Of a stretch of 64,000 nt of DNA, positions 28,803 through 39,687 are shown in pieces. Each line of letters opens with the position of its first letter. Position 1 is the stretch's first letter. The translations under genes were made by a program, and so were the position numbers. The stretch is from an uncultured bacterium (GTDB lineage: Bacteria > Zixibacteria > MSB-5A5 > CAIYYT01), in contig CAVSCK010000003.1 in assembly GCA_963726455.1 (NCBI GenBank), forward strand, positions 758,166 through 822,165, given 5' to 3'. The notes beneath the pieces were generated by a model. It ran no database searches and was not told where the DNA came from. It was given only the letters and a program-made list of their open reading frames with translations.

Positions 28803-29701
28803 CGCAACAGCCAGCCGACCGAGAAACATGCTCCGAACAACAGCAGGAGCCGTCCCGTTCCCGCCAGTGTTTCATTGAGCGCCGCGCCGGCAGACTCACT
28901 CTGGACAACTTTGATCAATGGAATTGCGGCCAGAATCGTAATGCACGAGAGCATTGCCCCCGGATGCGTACGGAATATCAGATAATGCGCCGGCGCGTAC
29001 AACATCGCCAGGACAATAGCCACAATATATTCCGCCTGCGCAAATCGCCTGCCGAATCGCACCGCCAGGGTCCGTTTGCCGGTCGCACGATCGGTGTCGA
29101 CATCACGCAGATTGTTGACTACCAAAATCGCAACTGACAACAACCCCGGCGCCAGGCCGGTCGCAATGACCTGCCAATTTACTTTGATAGCCATGACATA
29201 ATACGTCCCGGCTACCGGCACGAACCCAAAGAAGACAAGCACGAATATTTCGCCGAGTCCGATGTATCCGAGCGGGTACGGTCCGGCGGTGTACAGCACG
29301 CCGAAGAGTATCGATGTCAATCCGATTATGACAATCGGAAGTCCGCCCCGGCTTACCAGATAAAGGCCAACCAGAAACGCCAGCGCGAAGACGATCACCG
29401 TCGCCGCGCGCATTTGCGTTTCTGTCACCAACCCCGCCTGCGTGACACGCAGCGGCCCCAGCCGCTCATGCGTATCAACTGCCTTCTTGAAGTCGAATAA
29501 GTCGTTGGCATAATTCGTGCCGATCTGTATCAGCAGTCCGCCGATCAGCGCCGCCACAAACGACGGCAAATGAAAGACATGGTCGGAGATCGCAAGCGCG
29601 CCCGCAATTATCACCGGGGTCAATGAGGCCGGCAGCGTCTTGGGACGAGCTGCCAAGAGCCAAATCTGCAGCTTGCTGTAATGTCGTTCGGTCTCTGTCA
29701 T
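28799..29701 (-). CDS. menA: 1,4-dihydroxy-2-naphthoate polyprenyltransferase
   Basis: ARPKTL, NYANDLFD, NNLRD..D..GKRTLAVR. Confidence 0.96.
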   Translation of the reverse strand: MTETERHYSKLQIWLLAARPKTLPASLTPVIIAGALAISDHVFHLPSFVAALIGGLLIQIGTNYANDLFDFKKAVDTHERLGPLRVTQAGLVTETQMRAATVIVFALAFLVGLYLVSRGGLPIVIIGLTSILFGVLYTAGPYPLGYIGLGEIFVLVFFGFVPVAGTYYVMAIKVNWQVIATGLAPGLLSVAILVVNNLRDVDTDRATGKRTLAVRFGRRFAQAEYIVAIVLAMLYAPAHYLIFRTHPGAMLSCITILAAIPLIKVVQSESAGAALNETLAGTGRLLLLFGACFSVGWLLR

Positions 29702-29711
29702 TGCTGCGCGC

Positions 29712-30533
29712 TCAGGGGTTGCGCTTGAATTTCGAGAAGTTCGGTTTGCGTTTTTCGACATAAGCGTTGCGCCCCTCTTGTGCTTCGTCGGTCATGTAAT
29801 ACATCATCGTCGCATTGCCTGCCAGTTCCTGCAACCCCGCCTGACCGTCGCAGTCGGCATTCAGCGCGGCCTTGAGGCAACGTATTGCCAGTGGGCTGTT
29901 CGCCAAAATTTCGCGGCACCACTGAACGGTTTCTTCTTCCAACCTTTCGTACGGCACCACTTGATTTACCAGTCCCATTGCCAATGCCTGCTGGGCATCG
30001 TACTGCCGGCAGAGAAACCAAATCTCGCGCGCTTTCTTCTGCCCGACAACTCGCGCAAGGTAGCTGGAGCCGTAACCGCCGTCGAAAGAGCCGACCTTCG
30101 GACCGGTCTGGCCAAAGCGAGCATTATCGGCCGCAATCGTGAGATCGCACATCAAATGCAGCACTTGTCCGCCACCAATAGCATATCCGGCCACCATCGC
30201 GATTACCGGCTTCGGCAGTGTTCGAATTTGCCGCTGCAAATCCAGGACGTTGAGGCGATGCACGCCCGACTCATCCTTGTATCCCGAGTCGCCTCTGATC
30301 TTCTGATCGCCACCCGAGCAAAACGCCTCCTTCCCCTTGCCCGTCAGAATGATTACTCCAATCTTAGAATCCTCTCGCGCATCTTCAAACGCGACCGACA
30401 TCTCCTTGACTGTTAATGGCCGAAATGCATTCCGTACCTGCGGGCGATTGATCGTGATTCTCGCGATACCCGCAGCCTTGTCATATTCGATGTCTTTGTA
30501 GTCGCCGGCCTTAACCCACTTTATTGCGCTCAT
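29712..30533 (-). CDS. menB: 1,4-dihydroxy-2-naphthoyl-CoA synthase
   Basis: [27 protein letters not shown]; RBS supports ATG 30533. Confidence 0.98.
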   Translation of the reverse strand: MSAIKWVKAGDYKDIEYDKAAGIARITINRPQVRNAFRPLTVKEMSVAFEDAREDSKIGVIILTGKGKEAFCSGGDQKIRGDSGYKDESGVHRLNVLDLQRQIRTLPKPVIAMVAGYAIGGGQVLHLMCDLTIAADNARFGQTGPKVGSFDGGYGSSYLARVVGQKKAREIWFLCRQYDAQQALAMGLVNQVVPYERLEEETVQWCREILANSPLAIRCLKAALNADCDGQAGLQELAGNATMMYYMTDEAQEGRNAYVEKRKPNFSKFKRNP

Positions 30534-30565
30534 AGCTTCTATCTCCCTGAATCGATTTTGCGAAC

Positions 30566-31363
30566 TCAAGCACTAATATCATTAAAGAAATCGCGCAGTC
30601 GCGCAAGGAATTCCTGCGGACGCTCGAAATGGACATTGTGACCGGCCTCTGCGATGATTTCCCGGCTACCATGTCGAAGATGCCTCACGGTCTCCTCCGC
30701 GATTTGGGAATACTTCTCGTCGAGAGCACCGGCGACGACCAGCACAGGCATTGGCAGCGAGTCCAATTCATCCCATAGTGACGGTTGCCTTCCGACACTG
30801 AGACCTCGAAACGAAAGTGCAATTGAACGCGGATCGTGGCCTGTACGCGTTTGCTTCAGTGTCGCCAGTCGCCCAGGATCACGCTGCAATGATGCAAACA
30901 GCGGCGCCTTGTACCAATCATCCAGGAACTTAGCCAAGCCATCACGCTCAAGCAACAGCGCCAGTTGATCGTCCTGGTCTGCCCGTTCCTGGCGTTCACG
31001 CGCGTCGGGAATTCCGGGATTGACGCTCTCCAGCACCACCGCTCGGACGCGGTCGGTAAATTTGAGAGAAAAGTAGAGCGCGATTCGTCCACCCATCGAG
31101 TAGCCAATGATGGTCACGCGATCTACCCTTAGATCGTCAGCCAGTTCCATGAGAGAGTCAGCCGCAGCTTTCATGCTCGGCTGAGTATCCGGCGACGCCA
31201 GCTTGCTCAATCCATGTCCCGGAAGATCCGGCAGAATGCAATAGTGATCGGCGGCAAACGCTTCGGCGATTTCCTGCCAATCCGTACCAAGGCCCAGAAA
31301 TCCGTGAAGAAACAGAAGTGCCGGTGCCTTCGGATTCCCCAGTGTCTGATAATGCAGTTTCAT
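30566..31363 (-). CDS. menH: SHCHC synthase (alpha/beta hydrolase)
   Basis: LHGFLG, DLPGHG, GYSMGGR, AGHNVH. Confidence 0.94.
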   Translation of the reverse strand: MKLHYQTLGNPKAPALLFLHGFLGLGTDWQEIAEAFAADHYCILPDLPGHGLSKLASPDTQPSMKAAADSLMELADDLRVDRVTIIGYSMGGRIALYFSLKFTDRVRAVVLESVNPGIPDARERQERADQDDQLALLLERDGLAKFLDDWYKAPLFASLQRDPGRLATLKQTRTGHDPRSIALSFRGLSVGRQPSLWDELDSLPMPVLVVAGALDEKYSQIAEETVRHLRHGSREIIAEAGHNVHFERPQEFLARLRDFFNDISA

Positions 31364-31374
31364 GAGTGCGTTGC

Positions 31375-33141
31375 TTAATTGGGCGCCAGAGCCCTGCGGA
31401 CTTCGTCGGCAACAAGTTGCCAGACTTGTTGATGCTGCTCGAAGTTCCGACTGCGGTCGGTAGTCACTTCAATTATCCCTGACTGGCCGATCAGGTAGCT
31501 TTCGTTCATCGCCTTGGCAAACTCCGACAGGCAACGCACCCTGCTGTAGCCGATACCAAATTGATGCGAGGCATATTCGAATGTCATCTCGTGCGGCGTG
31601 CCGAAATACGGCTCAAAATGATCTTTGACGTCTGCCACGCGCAGGAATGAGAAAATGCCTCCGCCATTGTTGTTGATTACTACGATCGTAATCGGCTGCT
31701 TCGCGCGGCTCACTAACGACAGCGAATTGAGATCGTGCAACAGCGCCAGATCGCCGGTCAGCAGTGTCACCGGCAATTGCAGACCTTCGGAAAGTCCGAC
31801 GGCGCTTGCCACCGTGCCATCGATACCATTGACACCGCGATTCGCCGCTACGTGAATCCTTGTCTGACACTGCGATACAAATGAATCAGCATCCCGAATC
31901 GGCATACTTGTCGCCAGATAGATTCCGCGCTCCTGTCCGCTTTGCCGGAATATTTCGGGAGCAACCGCCAACTCAAGTGGTTGATCCGCAGATGACGCTA
32001 CGTAATCATTCACAACCTTTGCGGTCAGTTGATCGGCTGACAAGAAAACATCTTTCAGTTCCGATTTGCCTTCGTCTACGTGAGCAAACATTGCTTCTGC
32101 AAACGTTTCCGGATCAGCGACGATCCGATGACTTACTGCGTGCGCCGGATCTTGTCTGACCGGATGGCTCTGCACAACAATCCACCTGGCGCCGCATTCT
32201 GCCATGTATCGCTGAACATGCTTCGAGATCGGCACTCCTCCGAATTGAAGAATGCAGTCGGCTTTGGGTCTCTCCCTGATCTCAGGAATGCGCAGATAAA
32301 GATCGGAATGGCAAATCAGATTCTCGGAGAAATCGCCGCAAGTTCTTAGCCCTGATGAAATATCCGCCAACAGCGGCCAGTCCAACTTGTCTGCCAGCGC
32401 TCTAATACTCCGATGTTCTTGCCAGGACGGCAACGGCCCGGCGATGATAATTCCCCTTTTCGACGCCGCCAATTCAACTGCGACCGTTTCCAGAGTATCA
32501 TCGGCGGGCAACCCTCCGATATCATAATTTGTGTAAGCGGAATCAGATGTCAGCCACCGTTCGACCGGCGAAAGATAGTTCGACCAATCGTTGTTTTCAT
32601 CTGTCGGAGCAAGCGGCTCGCGGAAAGGGCAGTTCAAGTGAGTCGGTCCCATCGGAGATGAATTGGCGCGGGCGCAGGCCTTATCAACGGTGGTCAACAG
32701 AAATGCCGGCGAAATGGATTCCGTCGGAGTCGGTAACGTGGCCGCCCAGCGCGTGTACTTGCCGAAGATTCCGTTCTGATCGATCGTCTGCAACGCGCCT
32801 GTGTCCAACAGCTCGGGCGGCCTGTCAGCGCTGAGTATTATCAGCGGAGTGCCGGATTGACTGGCCTCCACGACTGCCGGAGAGCAATTAGCGACTGCGG
32901 TACCCGATGTGCAGATTACTGCCGCCGCAATACCGGTGGCGCGGGCATAACCGACGGCGCAGAAAGTTGCCCCGCGCTCATCAAAGTGAACTATCGTTTT
33001 GATTTTCGGATTTCGTGCCGCGGCAAGCGTTAGAGGTGACGATCGCGAACCGGGTGCTATGCAGATTAACATAACGCCGTTGCGGGCGAGTTCCTCAATT
33101 ATCAATTCCGCCCAGAGGAAATTGAGGTGGTCGGACGTCAC
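31375..33141 (-). CDS. menD: SEPHCHC synthase
   Basis: PGSRSSPL, DERGA, TSGTAVAN, ADRP, NRGVNGIDG, GDLALLHD...NNNGG. Confidence 0.97.
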   Translation of the reverse strand: MTSDHLNFLWAELIIEELARNGVMLICIAPGSRSSPLTLAAARNPKIKTIVHFDERGATFCAVGYARATGIAAAVICTSGTAVANCSPAVVEASQSGTPLIILSADRPPELLDTGALQTIDQNGIFGKYTRWAATLPTPTESISPAFLLTTVDKACARANSSPMGPTHLNCPFREPLAPTDENNDWSNYLSPVERWLTSDSAYTNYDIGGLPADDTLETVAVELAASKRGIIIAGPLPSWQEHRSIRALADKLDWPLLADISSGLRTCGDFSENLICHSDLYLRIPEIRERPKADCILQFGGVPISKHVQRYMAECGARWIVVQSHPVRQDPAHAVSHRIVADPETFAEAMFAHVDEGKSELKDVFLSADQLTAKVVNDYVASSADQPLELAVAPEIFRQSGQERGIYLATSMPIRDADSFVSQCQTRIHVAANRGVNGIDGTVASAVGLSEGLQLPVTLLTGDLALLHDLNSLSLVSRAKQPITIVVINNNGGGIFSFLRVADVKDHFEPYFGTPHEMTFEYASHQFGIGYSRVRCLSEFAKAMNESYLIGQSGIIEVTTDRSRNFEQHQQVWQLVADEVRRALAPN

Positions 33142-34565
33142 GCCCTGACTCCGGAGAACACCTCAAGCGCACCCGCAATCTTTTGCTCCAATTCCAACCA
33201 CTCGGCGTCCGGGTGCGAACCCCGGACAATGCCCGCGCCGGCAAACAGTGAAAGTCTGTCATCGCTAATCAATCCCGACCGGATCGCGACAGCGAAATCA
33301 ATCTCTGTCTTCGAAACCATCCCCACGCCGGAAGCATACCAACCTCGGTCGAATCCCTCCATTTCACTCGACAGCTCGCGCGCCACTTGCTGAGGCGTTC
33401 CGCACACCGCCGCTGTCGGATGGATTGTCTCATAGACGTCTGCGGAGGTGACGCCTGCCTTCAGTGTTCCGGCGAATCTTCTGACCAGATGTTGGACTTT
33501 CGCGAGCCGAACCACTTCATTGGCCTCAGAAACCGCAACCGCGTCGCACAATTGGGCAAGCTTGGCGCGCAGATCATCCACGACATAACGATGCTCGCAA
33601 ATATCTTTGTTGCTTTGCTGCAGGCGAGCAGCGTTTACGCCGGTTTCGGCAATCGAGTTTCCGGCAGCAATAGTGCCGGCAACCGCCTCGGTCGCAAGTC
33701 TCGTCCCGCTCAATTTGAATAGACGTTCAGGCGACAAGCCGACGAATGCGGAAGTCCTCGTCGGTTCGATTATGAACGCATAACTGAGTTGGCCCAGTGG
33801 CAGCATCACCTCAAGATAATTACACGGTTCAAGACGTTCGGACAATTGCAGGTCAGACCTCCGCGCCAGCACAACCTTGTCTGCCCGCTTCATGCTTATC
33901 TCGTGCAGTATTCTGTCTGCACCTGTACGCCAGTCACCGGCACTCGGAGTATCGGATCGCGACAGAATCTCAGGTATATCAACAGAACTCGAACCATCGG
34001 TCTTACGGGAAAAATTCAGTGACTCCAACAACTCGGCGTGAAGGTCTTCGATAGTTTTCCCGCCTTGCCACAGGGTTGTCGCCGTGATCGTGTAATTGTC
34101 GTTTTCACGCATCACTATCACTCGCGGAAGAACAAACCATACCGCAGGAAAATGTCTCCAGAGTTGATCCGGCTGTCTCTCGATGTCGAAGCGCGTTCCA
34201 CCGAAGAATCTCAAGGCGGAATCATCGGGTGACTTCGCCAGCATGTCTGTCATGCGGCCAAAGGCGCCTTTCAAATCCGACGAGTTGTCCCCGCTTATGA
34301 CAAGCGTCGCGCCCACTCCGGCAATTTCCAGATCACCCTCGCGATTTCGCCAGTAGACACGCGGACTTTCGTTCGACCGCCGCAACCAGCGCACAACATT
34401 GACAGCATCGCAGGAAATAGTGCAGGCAATAGGCACCGGTTCAGAAGATGCTCCGCGGCTTTCGATGACGTCCAATGCTTTCGCCAGTTGCCTGTCAAGG
34501 TCAGACTGAATCTGAGTATACGAGATCGAGTTGACTCCCCTGCCGTCATACGCGCTGCTCTTCAT
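33138..34565 (-). CDS. menF: Isochorismate synthase
   Basis: KVVLAR, SPERL, EAVAGT, HPTAAVCG, RGWYA, AGAGIV. Confidence 0.93.
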   Translation of the reverse strand: MKSSAYDGRGVNSISYTQIQSDLDRQLAKALDVIESRGASSEPVPIACTISCDAVNVVRWLRRSNESPRVYWRNREGDLEIAGVGATLVISGDNSSDLKGAFGRMTDMLAKSPDDSALRFFGGTRFDIERQPDQLWRHFPAVWFVLPRVIVMRENDNYTITATTLWQGGKTIEDLHAELLESLNFSRKTDGSSSVDIPEILSRSDTPSAGDWRTGADRILHEISMKRADKVVLARRSDLQLSERLEPCNYLEVMLPLGQLSYAFIIEPTRTSAFVGLSPERLFKLSGTRLATEAVAGTIAAGNSIAETGVNAARLQQSNKDICEHRYVVDDLRAKLAQLCDAVAVSEANEVVRLAKVQHLVRRFAGTLKAGVTSADVYETIHPTAAVCGTPQQVARELSSEMEGFDRGWYASGVGMVSKTEIDFAVAIRSGLISDDRLSLFAGAGIVRGSHPDAEWLELEQKIAGALEVFSGVRA

Positions 34566-34571
34566 GTAGGG

Positions 34572-35534
34572 TCAGGAATTCTTGGCGAAATAGATTCGAG
34601 TCAAATCGCGCAACAGCCGCTCGAAATGTTCCAGCGTGAGCGCCTGCTTGCCGTCGGAAAGTGCGGCGTGCGGTTGCGGATGAACTTCCAGCATAATGCC
34701 GTCCGCTCCCGCGGCGGTGGCAGCCCGAGCCAGCGGCGCCACCAGGTCGGCCCTGCCGGCAGCATGCGAAGCATCGGCAATCACCGGATATGTCGATAGC
34801 TGCTTGACCAGCGCGATCGCCGCGATGTCAAGTGTGTGCGCAACCTGCGGCTCGAACGTGCGGATTCCGCGCTCACAGAGGATGATTTCGTTGTTACCGC
34901 CCCGACTGATGTATTCCGCGGCCGCGAGCCATTCGTCGATCGTCGCCGCCATGCCCCGCTTAAGTAAGATCGGCCGCCTTACTGAGCCGAGGGCGGTCAG
35001 TAATGTATAGTTGAACATGTTGCGCGATCCCACCTGCAGAATATCAGCATACTGTGCCACGGTATCGATCTGGGATCGATCCATCACTTCAGTCACGACA
35101 TACATGCCGTGCAAGTCCGCATGCTTACGCAACAACTCGAGCCCGGGTCTTCCGAGGCCCTGGAATGAATCCACGGAGGTACGCGGCTTATATGCGCCCG
35201 CCCTCAAATAGCGAACACCCAACCCGCCAAGGAAATCAGCGGTCGTAGCCAATTGTGCTTCATTTTCTACCGCACAAGGACCGGCGATTACCGTCAATTG
35301 ATTGCGCTGGAGAATCTGGCCGTAGCAATCGTTTTCCCGGCCCCGCATTATCGTCAGGCCGCGGCCGCCATCTGCGACTTCGTCCAGACGACTGCGAAGC
35401 TCTTTCGTCAGCGGTCCCAGGACTCGCACGACCGCGGTATCATGCACCGATACTTCGTAGTCGATGCCCGCTTCCTTCAGGATACTCACGAAGCTTTCTT
35501 GTCTCTTATCGTCGATGGCGAAACTGTAAATCAA
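34572..35534 (-). CDS. aroF: 3-deoxy-7-phosphoheptulonate (DAHP) synthase, class I-beta
   Basis: IAGPCAVE, AYKPRTS, GSRNM, LKRG, CERGIR, DASH. Confidence 0.93.
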   Translation of the reverse strand: MIYSFAIDDKRQESFVSILKEAGIDYEVSVHDTAVVRVLGPLTKELRSRLDEVADGGRGLTIMRGRENDCYGQILQRNQLTVIAGPCAVENEAQLATTADFLGGLGVRYLRAGAYKPRTSVDSFQGLGRPGLELLRKHADLHGMYVVTEVMDRSQIDTVAQYADILQVGSRNMFNYTLLTALGSVRRPILLKRGMAATIDEWLAAAEYISRGGNNEIILCERGIRTFEPQVAHTLDIAAIALVKQLSTYPVIADASHAAGRADLVAPLARAATAAGADGIMLEVHPQPHAALSDGKQALTLEHFERLLRDLTRIYFAKNS

Positions 35535-36268
35535 ATCTTTCTTCCCGTATAGATTGATACGATGCCGAAACTGAGAGGTTCCGCCGTTATCTCAACGAAT
35601 CCAGCTTGTTTCATAAGTCGGCAAAAATCCTCTCCACGAGGAAACGTCTCTATTGTCCGGTCGAGATATCGATAGGCATCCGAATCGCCGGAAACGAGCC
35701 CTCCGATCATCGGCACCACATTTCGCAGGTACAATCGATGCAGAAATCTTAGTACACCGCTTGACGGAGAGGAAAACTCCAGGACAATCACCTTGCCGCC
35801 CAGATTAAGGAGGCGATTCATCTCTTTCAGGCAACCGGGCGCTTCAGGCATATTTCGTATTCCAAATGCAATCATCGCGGCGTCGCACGACAAATCCCTG
35901 ACCGGAAGCATCATGCCATCTCCCAGCGCCAGCGATATTGAACTCGAATTCTGTTTCCCCGTAATTTTCGCTCGGGCCAACTGCAGCATTCTTGACGCCT
36001 TGTCGATCCCGATAACTCGGCATTCGCCTTTCAGCGACTTGACCGCCGCCAGGGCCAGATCGCCGGTGCCGCAGGCCAGGTCAAGTATCACCTGGTTCGG
36101 TTTCCGATCGATCTTGTGTACCGCGCGCCGGCGCCAATAGAAATCCATCCCCAATGACAAAAGGTGATTTAGCAGATCGTAGCGGCGGGAAATTCCGTCG
36201 AACATGCGGTGGACATTGACCCGGGATGGCACAGGAGTCGCATTGGTCGCAATTTGCTTATTAGTCAT
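35531..36268 (-). CDS. menG: Demethylmenaquinone methyltransferase (MenG/UbiE)
   Basis: MFD.I..RYDLLN..LSLG, LDLACGTGD, FGIRN, AYRYL. Start uncertain (36268 vs 36355). Confidence 0.93.
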   Translation of the reverse strand: MTNKQIATNATPVPSRVNVHRMFDGISRRYDLLNHLLSLGMDFYWRRRAVHKIDRKPNQVILDLACGTGDLALAAVKSLKGECRVIGIDKASRMLQLARAKITGKQNSSSISLALGDGMMLPVRDLSCDAAMIAFGIRNMPEAPGCLKEMNRLLNLGGKVIVLEFSSPSSGVLRFLHRLYLRNVVPMIGGLVSGDSDAYRYLDRTIETFPRGEDFCRLMKQAGFVEITAEPLSFGIVSIYTGRKI

Positions 36269-36366
36269 TGATTCACTGTATCCGGACACGTCTGCAAACC
36301 CTGTCGATTTGATACGCTCTATCAGTCGATCGCGGCGGTTTTCAATTCTCTCCACCGCAGCTAAAG

Positions 36367-36395
36367 AATATACCCTCAGACAGTGGCGAACGCAA
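36367..36395 (-). promoter_or_regulatory. Putative sigma70 promoter of the men operon
   Basis: Minus strand TTGCGT-N17-TATATT upstream of menG. Confidence 0.45.
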
Positions 36396-36488
36396 ATGCT
36401 TAGCTGACCGCCGGTGGCGGCAGTCAGCCGGCTGTAGCCGGACTCAGTGCGCCGGCCTGATCTGGATATTTCTTTGATACTGTTAGAG

Positions 36489-39419
36489 TTACACGGTGTG
36501 CGAGGCAGTCTGGTTGGAACCGGGAATTAGGCGTACTGCATCGGCGCGTTGGTCGGTGTCAACGAAGCTCACAACTGTACATGGGTGTTCGTGCAGCACG
36601 GCGTGAGTGATATTCCCGCGCACGCAGACTTTATCCGGGCCCACTTGAATTAGGGCATTGTTTTGGCAGGTGGACGCCAGACAAGCATTGGCTGCAGCGA
36701 CGTCGCCGTCCAGCGCCACAAACTTGTAGGAATCCGCACCCAGGATTTCGTCCTTGGAACAACCTAAGAAGACGAGCGCCGCGGTATTGGCATCGACTAT
36801 CTGCTTCGTCTCATCGTCAATTACCAACACGAACGCCTGAACTGAATTTATGACCGTCTGCAAATACGACTGCGTCTCGCGGAGTGACTCTTCTATGTGA
36901 ACGCGTTCGCCCACATTTCGCGATATCACGACCACCACCGGCATTCCCTGGGGATCGAGCGCAGCCCGGCCGTGACACTCCAATTCCACCCATGTACCAT
37001 CCTTACCTAGCGCCCGGAAACGCACGTGTTCAGACGATTTCACACCCGCCAGCACGTTGCCGAATGCCTCCTGGACTCGCTGAAGATCCTCAGGATGAAC
37101 ATATTCCGCGCACTGCTTCAAAGCCAATTCGTGATGCTCGTATCCGAGAATCTCTTTCACCGCGGGGCTCTGGTAACGAAAACGTCCCTCGGCATCGACC
37201 ACGGTAATCAAGTCCGATGCGTTCTCGATCATCGTTCGGAAATACAACTCGCTTAATCGCTGTGCTTCTTCCGAAAGATTTCGGTCGGTGATGTCGCGGC
37301 TGACGCTTACGACGGCGATCACGTCCCCCGCATCGTTTCTGATCGGGTAGCGTACCGTGTGGAACACCCGCGATTCGGCATCGAACCCTTTCAGTGTTTC
37401 TTCAGGCATATCCAGCGATCTGCCGGTGCGGAACACTTCTGCGTCGCTGCGGGCGGATTCGCCCGTGGCCCTGGCTATCGTCTCACGGGCGTCACTGCCG
37501 AAAACCTCGTCCGTAAGGCCGCAAAAATCCAGAAACGTCCGGTTGGCAAAAACGATTTTGCCCGCGTCATCACGCACCGACACGAGATCGGCGATGGAAT
37601 CAAGAATCTGCCGGTTACGTTGCTCCAGATCCCGCATCATTTCCTGGACGCGCTTGCGCTCCGTAATATCCAGCAGAACACCATCAATACAACAGAGCTT
37701 GCCGTCAGAGTCGAACACCGGTTGCCCCTTGTCGTGCACCCACTTCACCATGCCTTCGACTGTCAGAACCCGATATTCGACGGCAAATGCTTCCCGACGT
37801 GTCCCCGCCAACTCAATAGCGTTTTGCACCAGGGCGAGATCTTCCGGCACGATGATATCCACAAAGGCCCGCACGCGATTGTCGATAAACTCGGATTCAG
37901 GCGCGCCACATAACTTCTGCATTTCTCCGCTTACATATTTCATGGTTCGGCGGGCGTCGGCCTTGCAACGATACACAACACCCGGAATATTCCCCACGAG
38001 CGTGCGGAACCGTTCCTCGCTTTCGGCCAAAGCGCCTTCGATTTGATTGCGCTTGGTGATATCCCAGCCGGTACCACTGGCTCCCGCTACGTTGCCGTCG
38101 GTATCAAGTAACTGCGTTGCCGACAATGAAACCGCAACTCGATAGCCATCCTTGCGCAGAAATTCCGTCTCGTACTCGCGCAGGACTTCCCCGGCCATGA
38201 CTCGCGAAAGAGTTCTGATATCCTTCTTTGCGTACCGGGGCAACTGAAACTCATCGAATGTCCTGCCTAGCAGTTCCTGTTTGTCGTAGCCAAGGGTCTT
38301 GTACGCCGCTTCGTTCAGGTAGAGCAAGCGCCCTTGTGGATCCACCACCCAGACAATCTCCTGCAGACTGTCCAGCCACTGCAGCAACCGTTCTTCGCTT
38401 TTCGTAAGAGCCGTTTGTATCCGAGTTCGCTCCTTGATCTCATTTTCCAAGACCGTTTTCTGTGCAAAGAATTCAATGATCAGTGACGCAATATCGCTGA
38501 ACTCGTTCTTGTACCGCATGAGACTCTGCAACGGCGCCAGATTCTTGGAACGCAAGCTGGCCGTGGTCAAAGCCAGCGGCCGCTGCACCCACCGCTTCAA
38601 CGAGTACGCCAGAATGATCAGGGCGCAGAGTGTGAACGTGATGAACACGCCCGCTTCCCGCCTCGTCAAGCGCGCGAAATCCTCCAGAAATGCTGAATCG
38701 TCCTGCAGTCGCAGTATCGCTACCGGATATTCGTTTAGATCCAGCAGCGGTTTGTCGACCCGGATCATGTCTTTGTTTGTGCTCTCGGTATTCCTCAACG
38801 ACTGGGGTACAGTGATGACTTGCAGGGTACCGCCTGTCGATTTGGCGAGATCGAGCAGATACTGTGACGTCCACAACTTGCCGATGAAGAAATATCCTCT
38901 GGGAGGTGTCATTTCCAGAGTGTCTGACTGCGGCAGAATCGCCGCACTTCTCATTTCCATGATTCCGCTGGAAGTCGCGCAGAAATAATGAAGCGAACTG
39001 TGCTCGCGTATCTCAATCTTCGCTTCAGGATAGGAGGGCATATCTCGCAGGAAGTACGCGTTATTCAATGAATTCGTCGCATAGACCAGTTGCATTTTGG
39101 GGTCAAAAACCCACGCCGCATCGATACTATATAGCGGCATAGACTGACCCAAATTCACCTTCACCCACGCTGTATCCGGTTGGGCAACGAACCTTACCAT
39201 TTCGTCCCAGTGGGAATAATCCACCACGTACGACTTGAGTGGATTCCCGGTCAACTGCACGATCTTATCGAGGAGAGACGCAAGCTCGACTTCCTCGTCG
39301 CGAACCGCCAATGTTGCCCGCTCAGTTTCCCAATGATTAAGCACGATCAACGCGACCGCGAATATCGCTGATACACCGAAAAGCAACAGTACGAGTTTGA
39401 TTGGTATTTTAAGTGTCAT
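36489..39419 (-). CDS. Membrane sensor: CHASE4 plus five PAS/PAC domains, no output domain
   Basis: TM, DYSHWDE (CHASE4), TM, then PAS domains ending DITKR, DITERK, DITDR, NVGER and DTDQR. No H-box and no GGDEF. Confidence 0.85.
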   Translation of the reverse strand: MTLKIPIKLVLLLFGVSAIFAVALIVLNHWETERATLAVRDEEVELASLLDKIVQLTGNPLKSYVVDYSHWDEMVRFVAQPDTAWVKVNLGQSMPLYSIDAAWVFDPKMQLVYATNSLNNAYFLRDMPSYPEAKIEIREHSSLHYFCATSSGIMEMRSAAILPQSDTLEMTPPRGYFFIGKLWTSQYLLDLAKSTGGTLQVITVPQSLRNTESTNKDMIRVDKPLLDLNEYPVAILRLQDDSAFLEDFARLTRREAGVFITFTLCALIILAYSLKRWVQRPLALTTASLRSKNLAPLQSLMRYKNEFSDIASLIIEFFAQKTVLENEIKERTRIQTALTKSEERLLQWLDSLQEIVWVVDPQGRLLYLNEAAYKTLGYDKQELLGRTFDEFQLPRYAKKDIRTLSRVMAGEVLREYETEFLRKDGYRVAVSLSATQLLDTDGNVAGASGTGWDITKRNQIEGALAESEERFRTLVGNIPGVVYRCKADARRTMKYVSGEMQKLCGAPESEFIDNRVRAFVDIIVPEDLALVQNAIELAGTRREAFAVEYRVLTVEGMVKWVHDKGQPVFDSDGKLCCIDGVLLDITERKRVQEMMRDLEQRNRQILDSIADLVSVRDDAGKIVFANRTFLDFCGLTDEVFGSDARETIARATGESARSDAEVFRTGRSLDMPEETLKGFDAESRVFHTVRYPIRNDAGDVIAVVSVSRDITDRNLSEEAQRLSELYFRTMIENASDLITVVDAEGRFRYQSPAVKEILGYEHHELALKQCAEYVHPEDLQRVQEAFGNVLAGVKSSEHVRFRALGKDGTWVELECHGRAALDPQGMPVVVVISRNVGERVHIEESLRETQSYLQTVINSVQAFVLVIDDETKQIVDANTAALVFLGCSKDEILGADSYKFVALDGDVAAANACLASTCQNNALIQVGPDKVCVRGNITHAVLHEHPCTVVSFVDTDQRADAVRLIPGSNQTASHTV

Positions 39420-39687
39420 GGCTTTGCGCTCAATTCAGATAATCTCGGCACCTTCGCAAGCGATGCCATCGTTATGGGAAAGAAATCCCCATGTTTGAAC
39501 GGCCTGAAACCGCTTCTCCACCTGCCCCGCAGGAGTGTCTCTTCAGACTATTCCCTGATAATAAACTTATCGGCAAATTGTGGTGATTTACGTCTTCTTG
39601 GGGCGATAGAGGCACAAATTGGTGAGCGGATTATGTATCGACTAGAAACGCCGCTTCAATGCGAAACGGCAATGCCTCCGAAACTGA

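Noticed and set aside
36400-36475. Riboswitch upstream of menG
   Set aside because: GC-rich hairpins only; no conserved SAM or other aptamer motif recognised, and they lie upstream of the predicted promoter.
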